64,000 nt of DNA from Chrysomallon squamiferum (taxonomy: Eukaryota > Animalia > Mollusca): positions 24,118,001 to 24,182,000 of the forward strand of contig CM022679.1 in NCBI GenBank assembly GCA_012295275.1, in the 5' to 3' direction. The translations under genes were made by a program, and so were the position numbers. The notes under the pieces are model-generated. The model was not told the DNA's origin. It made no database searches and was given only the letters and a program-made list of their open reading frames with translations. Positions 37,430 to 64,000 of this stretch are shown in pieces. Position 1 is the first letter of the stretch. Every line of letters starts with the position of its first letter.

Positions 37430-39675
37430 CGTATTTTCAGTTCTTGCTGTATACAGTCTCCTTCCTTGTTAAGTATGTAATCTTGACTATAGAAACTATC
37501 ACATAGAACGAAGAGTTAATATTTCTTTTTTATGAAGTAGTTTTTTTTTAATTATAAAAATAAAAATAAAATACTATTTTTTACTATTTTTCTCTTTCCC
37601 ACTATCTCCACAACTCAGGATATAATGTCTAATAACAAATTTCATGGTGAGGTGAGCGTATGTTATCCAGACATATTGTAATCGTTGTGACATCAAAACT
37701 ACCTCTGCTCAGACGTCGAGGAAATCGTGAGCCGTCAACATGAATAAATAAAATCGTCCCACGACAACATTCCTGTACATCTCAGCCAGGTCAGGCTTTT
37801 AGTTATCACAGGTCACCAAGTGAAATACGAAGAGGCAAGATTCGAATAATGAAGCGTCAAAACGTTATATCTCATCGGAAAATGAAGGTGGCGCAGACCT
37901 ATTCGGTTCTTGCATGAATGCTCGATGCCAGTGCAATTATTCAAAAGCGAATCACTGCGGTTTAGCGGTGACGTCAGATATTTGTGAATGTTACATGTTG
38001 AAAAAAGGGCGAGAGCCTGTTCAAATGAGATTCACTCGTGCAGTAGACAAACAGTGGGAGAGAGACTGAAATCAAATCCTCGAGTCGTTCAATTACTTAC
38101 AGAATGGGATTTTCTGTTCCTGACAAACAGAGAATGGAAATTCGTGTGAGAGAAATGTGCCGAGTGACCTAATGAAGAGTCTCCTCAGTGTAACAGAAGA
38201 AAGAACGTTGACAAATTGAAAGAAAGAATTATAAAAAGAAGAATAAAAAGACAGATAGAGACAGACAAAGATAAACTATCTGACATCCAGATAGTCAGAC
38301 AAACAGGCAGGCAGACATACTTAGACACAGTTAGCCCATGTATCTGTGAATGTGTATGTGTGTGTATGTATATGTATGTATGTATATATATACACACACA
38401 CACACAGAGATACATATACTCACATATTTAGATATATAGCTAGGTAGATAGGTAGACAGACAGAGAGACAGATACATAGATAGACATATTTGTCAGTCTT
38501 TGTGCGTGTGTGTTTAACGAACCCCATCACAAAAATCAAATTGGATAATAATATCTGGATATCGTTCTTGCATATCCCTATATATATTTTACAATATAAT
38601 AGCAAAACAGCAACAACATAATTTTACTTTTTATTTTAAATTTATTACTAGAATGATGCGATATAACCCACTTAATAGAAGAACAGATTTAAGCATTTGC
38701 TATAAAAAGTACCAAACCTCATCTTATAACGTCCTTTTTAAATCAGTAATGAACATCCCATTACATTAACTCTTTAATTTATTGTAAAAGTTAATCATTC
38801 TGAACTCATTTTTATTTTAATTTTTTTATTTAAGTAAAAAAAAAGAAAAAAAAGAAGAAAAATCGGAGAAAAAGAATTATAAAGAAAGCAGAAAAAATAA
38901 TAACATATTTGATAAAAAAGAAATAATGAAAATAAAAGGTCAAAAGATCACATCTAATTAGTACTGTTATTATTTTCTGTTTCTGATTAAATAAAAAAAA
39001 GTAATAATAAAATCAATTAAAAATAGAACTATAAAAAAGTACTAGTTAAATATATATATATATATATATAAACTTGATGCCATAAATATTATACATATGG
39101 GATTAAAACTGAAAACATAATAAAACTAATTAATAACCCTTGATTATAATGATGAAGGTGATTTTATAATAATAAAGTGAACAAAAAAAATGAACATAAC
39201 AAAAAAGACAAAAAAAAGAAAAAGGAAAAAGAAGACGAAGGAAGAAAAACAGAAAAAGAAATAAATAAGAATGAATGCATCAGAAAACAATAACGGTATT
39301 GTATACCCGGGAAGGATGATCCATGTGAAAAAAGCCACTTGTGCAAATTTATTTCTTCATTGTAGATATGTTTGATATTAATTTTAATACTGAAATATGA
39401 CGTGGTAATTAATGTTCAACAGATATTCACTAATTCATTGTTTATTGATTCGTTCATTTTTATTATTTCACTCATTCGTTCTTTCGATCATTCGTTCCTT
39501 CATTTGTTCGTTTCCGTATCCAGGCAGTATGCAGTGATTGATATATGACTAGGATTTGCTCTTCTGTCTAAGAGAAGGTGAATAAAACAAAACCCTGCTG
39601 CTGCTGCTGCTACTACTACTACTACTACCAATAATAATAATTATTATTATTATTTAAAAAAAGAAAAAGAACCAT

Positions 39676-39745
39676 CTGTCGTGGTTACGGGTTTCCTCTC
39701 TGATTATCTCAGTAATCCATCGTCATATGTTTAACGTCATATGAA
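39676..39745 (+). mobile_element. SINE-like repeat fragment, opposite orientation
   Basis: Reverse complement reads atatgacgttaaacatatg...actgagataatcagagaggaaacccg, matching actgagataacgagaaaggaaa near 63910 and gagagggaaacctg near 8420. Confidence 0.55.
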
Positions 39746-40336
39746 AGTACTTTTTAAAAAAGATGAAAAAGGAAAAAAAGAGAAAAAAAGAAACTAAAAG
39801 AAATATAAATGTATATTTCTAGAATTTCACAAACATCAAAAATAAATCTCATTTCTATGTATGTATTTTTAGATTTACTTGTTTTTCTTGTTTCCTGCTG
39901 ATCCAGTTTTACTTTTCTCAGAATAGTTTTTAAGTTCGATTTTCGATCACTTCTGGAGAAACGTTCTTATTTTTTCTATTTTTCATTTCAAATAATCGGA
40001 TTATATTTTCCTGCAAGAAGCAAGTTATCTAACACTAATAATAATAATAATATAAAAACTGAAGTTAATCAATATTATTATTCTCATGTCAGGCAAATAA
40101 AAAATATATAACTAGGACGTAGAAAGGGGTATTTTAAAAACGATAATTAATAATAACAACAGCGACGACAACGACAACAACCACTACAAAACAAGCCCAG
40201 TAAATAAAAAACAATTGCAGATGTCATTGTTATATTCATTTGTTCTTTCAAATTCACTCTATTCTCATTAGGCTATTTTCCCGTTCAGTCAAAATTCTTT
40301 ATGAAACAGATATGTTTTCTTGTCACACACACACAC

Positions 40337-40377
<41 letters not shown>

Positions 40378-40942
40378 ACACATACACAGACACACACACA
40401 CACACACACCACAGAGACACATAAGCAGACCAACACAATACAGATAATATATTTAGAAAACAACCAAACAAACAGTGATGTTCATGCATGGGATGTATCA
40501 TCTAGAATATCTTGTTTTGTCGAGTCCACGTTGTTCGTTCGTTCACGTAAACCTGCGTCTCTTCGTAACTCAACGCAACGAATCGCTGTGCACAGCGAGA
40601 ACGCGAGGGTGTCTTCTGCAGCTCATTGCTTATTTATTGGTGTTTATTTGACGAACTTTCATAGCGCATACAGATGTGAAGATAACGTCAGAATAACGTT
40701 TGTGTGATGAGACAACTGGAAAGACGAATTTCAGACAAATCAATGGGAAATTCTGCTTCGTTCCTTTCCATAGTTATTTTGGGGCTTATGTGTCGCTCAG
40801 TTGCGAGAACGATGTAACATTGTCAAACGTTTTCCTCTTCGAGTCGTTGTCATGTTTTAAAAGTTAGACTGGTTTTTAGCAAAAGAAGAGGTGATTTTAG
40901 TGTTTTGATTCAGTACTGAAAGTCGATCCCGGGTTTATTCGT

Positions 40943-40977
<35 letters not shown>

Positions 40978-41497
40978 TTTTTTTTATTTATTTATTCATT
41001 TTGTTGTTCATTTATTTGTTTAGTAAAAGGCAACTTTAGAAAAAACCCAGAACTGTTATCTATAGCTGAATGGTTACAGCGATATCTTGAGGTATTTTCG
41101 GGAATGTAGATTCTGCACCCAAATGAACCAGCGTCATTGATTTAAAGCTTTCTGAATAATTTTTTCACATATAAATTTCATTTTTTCCTAATCGATGACA
41201 GTACATATTGGAAAGGCCATAGCGAGTTTTCTTTTTTATACTGTAACTGTGCACGAAACCCATAACGGGCACGTAATAGCCATTAAATGTGTTTTTCGTT
41301 CATTCAAATGATTTTAACATAAATTAGAATTGATGGATAAACTACAGTTATGTGAAAATGTCAAGTAAATAAATAATTAAAAAAAAAAAATGAACGCATA
41401 CATTCATACAAAGAAGCAAACAGTAGAATAAATAAAAAAAATAAAATAAATGTTCCCTTATTTAAAAAAAAGACAATATATATATATATGTGTGTGG

Positions 41498-41555
<58 letters not shown>

Positions 41556-41964
41556 GGATAAATAAAACAAAACAAACAAAATGATAGTAAGATCAGTGTT
41601 GTTCGGATACTTAGTATTCTGTATACGAGTTTTCTCGAGACATTTATAATTTGATTTTCACAAACCATGTCCTGTTGTTTTAGTTAAGTTTGTTAGAATC
41701 GGAGTCGAGTTGTTTCTCAAAAGGCTAGGGACGCCTTCGATTAAGTTAAAAGGAAATTCTATCAGTGGTACTGATTACCAAACAGTGTTAACAAATCTAT
41801 GGGGTTGGATCATACAATCAGAGTAGAAATTTGAGAGCGAGCTTTAAAATGAGACTGATATCTATTTAACATTGTGTTAGATTCTGTATGGTTGTTGATA
41901 ATGGCTTTGTAATTCTCAGTTTTAGAATGTATGTTTGTGTGTGTGTCTCTGTGAGTGTGTGTGT

Positions 41965-42001
<37 letters not shown>

Positions 42002-42877
42002 TGTGTGTTTTTATTGTATGTTTTTGTGTTATGCGAATACAGTTCTCTATACATATATAGATAGTTATATCGAGAGAGGTAGAAATAGAGAGAGGACGAT
42101 AAGATGTACAGATAAGTAAACAGAAATAAATAAATAGACATAAAAAGTTAGAAATAGACAGATAGATAGAAATTTAGACTGAAACAGAGAAACTTTTCAC
42201 TTTAATGTGTATAGTTTTAACAGTAAACAAGTCTACTGGATACACTCATTTTAACAAACACACACGCAATAACACCCACACAATTACATCAGACATAAAA
42301 AAAACACCTAGTAAAACATTTTAAAATTTACTTCTTCATTAGGCTTCTTTAATGAGCTTGGATGTTGCAGTTAGTGATAAAACACAGACACAGCGGTCGG
42401 AGTGAGTATTTTCAAATGACAGTTATACGTCTGAAATTTTACGACAAACTGAACGTTGCTTCCCGAGTATTGCTTTAATCTGCATTCTGTATGTAAAGGT
42501 CTGTTAATCGCTGCGCCACTGATTTTATTGTTATGGCCTCTGAGGATTTCCTTCATACAAATTGTCTGAAACCCGTCACCAGATGGCGTATTCCAAAAGG
42601 CTTTATAACAGTTTACTGATGACCAAACGATGGCAGTGCTGGTTGGAGATGTATCTTTAAGTTAAGCCCAGTTTATTCAAATTACGCCCAGCACACAAAG
42701 AGGTTAAAATGTCTACGAGTATTTGAAGTCTTCCAAACAGAGTTAAATGTTTATTAAATAGAACAGTTCATCGATTTCTCACACTAAACCCGTGTGATCT
42801 GCTGTCTGTAAGATGGGATGGAAAAAAGAATTCATTTAATTTATTTATTCCTTATCATTTTCGGGTAACTGAACAAG

Positions 42878-43021
<144 letters not shown>

Positions 43022-43389
43022 ATTATTTTTCTGTAATCTGTCTTAATTACATTCCCTGTCATGTGAATACCAAACTAAAATTCCTTCATTCGACTTGCAC
43101 GCTTCTCTGAACTCCAAATGGCAACTTTAAACTGACCTGTTAACACATTTCTAAATACTAATCCACACATAACTTTTAACACATCCATTCCATGCAAACT
43201 AGCCATATTTCAACTCCTTCCTAAACTTATCTGACCACCATCTAAATGATTCCCTCTCTAAAAGTCCATTGAAACATCTCTGTGAATACTAATTCAAACA
43301 CTCTTCTGAATACCCGTTTCGTGAATACCCATCTACTCCATAAAAAATCTACTAAACTTCACTAAACAGAGATCTCAGATAAGCTGTAC

Positions 43390-43670
43390 CCTACTAATCT
43401 GAACCCCACTAATCTGAACACCACTAAACTGAACTATACCCCATTTAAAATATACTCCAATAAACTACACCCCAATAAACTATGCAACACTAACCTAAAC
43501 TATACTAAATTGAACCGCACTGAACTACACCCAGTAAACTAAACTTCACTAAACTATACAACACTAACCTAAACTATACTAAAGTGAACCGCATTGAACT
43601 ACACCCAGTAAACTAAACTTCACTAAAGTATACAACACTAAACTAAACTCTAATAAATCATACAACATAA
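43390..43670. repeat. Degenerate tandem repeat (5-bp ACTAA, ~15-bp units, 74-bp higher-order period)
   Basis: gaaccgca recurs at 43512 and 43586; actacacccagtaaactaaacttcactaaa is duplicated. Confidence 0.85.
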
Positions 43671-44418
43671 AACTCCCAGTCAGGAGTCTTGTTCGACAGA
43701 GTACAGTCTTGCTGCGCCTGACAAACATTTTTAATAATTTAATGTCCACGCACACCAGGGAACGTCAGTTACACCTCATTTAAATTGCACATCTACTGTT
43801 AACTTTGAGTTCATCAAAGAAATGAAGATAAAAACAATCTCCCCGATCAATCAGATCAATTAGGATATGATTATATAAAATCCTGGGTTCAAGCAATTTT
43901 TTTTTTTTTTTTAATTCTCTCTTTCTCTTTCTCTCTCTCTCTTTTTATATCCTCCTCAAGATCATATTGATATAACCACAATTCTAATCGGTCGTGATTC
44001 TATTGTGAGCGATTGAGCTTAGAGATAGAAAAAGTTGAGAAGCATTGCAAATTACATGTATAACCAATTTGCCCCCAATTCATTTTCTGTGAAGTCGGGT
44101 CACCCACGTCAAGCCTAATAGCGAAGCAATGGAAAAATGACATCGAATCCTTTCTCCCTGGGACCGATGATTCTGACGTCGATAAAATTAGTTAGGCATA
44201 TCTGGCGTATCGTCGTCATTCAAACAACGCCAATACTTTGTCGGTGTTGTGCTCTCGAAGAGTGAGAAACTGAAAACGTATGGCGTGTGTGTGGCTGGCG
44301 TTCACGGGAACAGATACCTGGATGAAAAGTTCTTGGAATAATACTGAAATAAGATAAAGGTCGAGCGATGTACAGATCTGGACACCTTTCTGTGCAATAG
44401 GGTTTTCGTATTTTTTGG

Positions 44419-44450
44419 CTATTGGCGCCAATGGTGGGTGTTTGATATAT
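44419..44450 (+). promoter_or_regulatory. Palindromic double CCAAT / E2F-like site upstream of the 44806 ATG
   Basis: Perfect 12-bp palindrome ATTGGCGCCAAT at 44421..44432, at the end of a CpG-rich patch (about 44090-44440). Confidence 0.3.
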
Positions 44451-44805
44451 GATACTTTGTGTTTATTTCTGTTGTCTTATTTTCAGAAAGAGAGAGAGTG
44501 AAAACAAATATTAGTGAAAAAGTACCAAAAATTTGTGAATTTAAGAATTAAAGGATACAAGTGACAAAATATATACATTTTTTATTCTATCGATAATAAT
44601 AATTTAAAAAAAACAACAAAAAAACAAAAAACAAATATTAAATCAAATACATTATAGAACAAATTAATATTGAATATTTCGCGTTGATGAAATTAAAATA
44701 TACGTGGCTTTAATTTCACCATGTCACGACGTTTCTCTTATGTAAAAATAATTAACTACTACGACTGTCGTATTGTGGTCTTTTGACGCCGCAACCCCCA
44801 AAAAT

Positions 44806-61744
<16,939 letters not shown>

Positions 61745-61764
61745 GTAAGTTTTAAATCAATCAA

Positions 61765-61868
<104 letters not shown>

Positions 61869-62539
61869 GGAGAGAGAATAAACAATAAGTAAATAGGCAT
61901 AAGACAGTCTTGTAGTTTCTTTTTAAAAAAAAACATTTGCCATGTACCAATTCTTTCTTCCTTTACTGAAATTAGAATCACAATGAATCAAAAAATGTGT
62001 GTCTCTGGAAGTTTTCTATAATAAAATATTTATGCTCTCCATAAGTAAAAAAGATCTGTATATAAAGTTCTATATAAAACATCTGTATATAAGAAAAAGA
62101 AAAAAAAGACGGTCAGACAGTCACATACAGTAATCAAATAATATCTCCTACTGAAGACTAATTTATACTGAATACAAAATTTCAGATACATTATACTGTT
62201 ATATTTTACTGTTACACTCAGACATTGAATATAGATTTGTATTAAGTGGTTTCGATAATGAAAGGTATTGAGATCAATGAATGGTTAAAAAGGTCATTTC
62301 GTTCAGACTGTTTCGTTTCCTTTATCAATGACGGAAGAGTTTTTAAAAATATAATTCAGGTTCCATGTAATTCAGACAGCAGTGTAACTGATGCCATAGA
62401 CCCTCCCCTGATGTTGTCTAATATTAAAACAAGGGACGAAACAGGGAATTTTCGTGATTCAAAGACCGTAACTCATGTCTTAGAAAGAGTAGTTAGACCG
62501 TCCATGTTGATCAATAATAAGAAATGTGACAGGATTTTG

Positions 62540-62712
<173 letters not shown>

Positions 62713-62759
62713 TACAAAAAAAATAGTAATAATAATAAAAAGGTAAAAAAAAAAGAAAG

Positions 62760-62794
<35 letters not shown>

Positions 62795-63830
62795 TACATG
62801 CTATATTATCTCATGTCTTTATGAACTTTTAGTAATAAATCTGAAAATTCCTCATAACGTAATTTCGCATGACGAATTATTCGTGGTTAAATAATTTGAT
62901 TCATAGCCCCTCTTTAAACACGCCTAGGTCCGAACCTTGAGGAATCAACACATACATGTTTTGCTTTACTTAAAAATGATTAAATTTTCTTTTTTCAACA
63001 TATTTTAATTTGTTAAGTGCCCCAGCCAATTTAAGTATTATTGAACGAAAGGCCTAAAACAAACTTGCATCAGTTAATCAAATTTCTAGCTGTAAAGTCT
63101 AAAAACTGTATAATGTATTATTTTATAGTATTTTAACTTAGCTCTGTAGAGAATATTACAGTTTGTTTGATTATCTTCTTCATTATTAATGCTTCAGTAT
63201 CATTTAGTAAAGCAGATACTGTGAATATCAGTATCAGTATCAGTAATAATAATAATAACAACAACAACAACAACAACAACAACAACGACTACAGTAATAT
63301 CGCTATCTACCATCGTTCATAATAAAATTATTTATTAATTTACTACTTCCGCTACAACTACTTCTTCTACTACTACTACTACATCTACCACTGTTATTGC
63401 CATTATTACTATTATCATCATCATCATTTTTTTTTTTTTTTAATGAAACATTTGTTTTAAATCGTTCCTATAAATTCCTTTTTGAGAACAAGCCTTTATC
63501 TTATACTTCACTAGATTCGGCTGTCACCATTAAATCCATTTGAAAACAAACACACGCTATTAAAATCGGCTTGTTTTCTTCTGCTTGAAAAATAAATAGC
63601 TTTATTGTTCGAATAACAAATGATGCCGATAGGCAAACAAAAGTATTATACTTTCTCCACAAGATCTTGTTTCCGCATTTCTTCCGCTCACTATTACTTC
63701 GTCCATAATCAGAAACGGCAGACGATCGTTAAACGTAAACGCGTATTTTAAAATTAACTACAAAGCAAATGTCAACATGTATTAACGTGGTAGGGTCGTG
63801 ATAATGCTCGAGTACATATGTCCTGGACTC

Positions 63831-64000
63831 GAAGAAAGGAAAATGTTTATTTAACGACAGATTCAATATATGTTACAGTTATATAGAATGTGATGCATTG
63901 TTAAGAATCACTGAGATAACGAGAAAGGAAAGGTAGGGGCTACTCTTTCCGAAGTGATTTTTTTCTTCTTTATATATGCACAACGCAACACACAGAATAG
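63831..64000 (-). mobile_element. SINE-like repeat copy truncated by the window end
   Basis: gaagaaaggaaaatgtttatttaacgac...ttacagttatat...cactgagataacgagaaaggaaa...ggctactctttccga...cttttatatatgca. Confidence 0.6.

Overview
AT-rich, microsatellite-saturated animal genomic DNA with GT-AG spliceosomal introns. It is probably a gastropod mollusc, an inference from the repeat content rather than an identification. Two protein-coding genes can be built by hand. (1) A complete 10-exon PPAN (Peter Pan/Ssf1, Brix-family 60S biogenesis factor) lies on the minus strand at 7454..13224: 1569 nt of CDS, 522 aa, with every splice phase consistent. (2) The 5' part of a large plus-strand gene encodes a type II membrane protein with an NPxY-bearing cytoplasmic tail, a signal-anchor and the start of a SEA domain (exons at 44806 or 44887..45202, 59831..59875 and 61614..61744, plus a possible alternative first coding exon at 21297..21356); it continues beyond the window. 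The rest is intron or intergenic DNA with dozens of microsatellites, a 27-bp minisatellite, other tandem repeats, decayed copies of one SINE-like family and several promoter-like motif clusters. Almost all other ORFs in the supplied track are microsatellite artefacts. I found no convincing novel multi-gene system. The best leads are alternative N-termini of the SEA protein, sense-strand hairpins in PPAN introns, a duplicated PPAN splice donor, an orphan housekeeping-type promoter, and orphan exon candidates.
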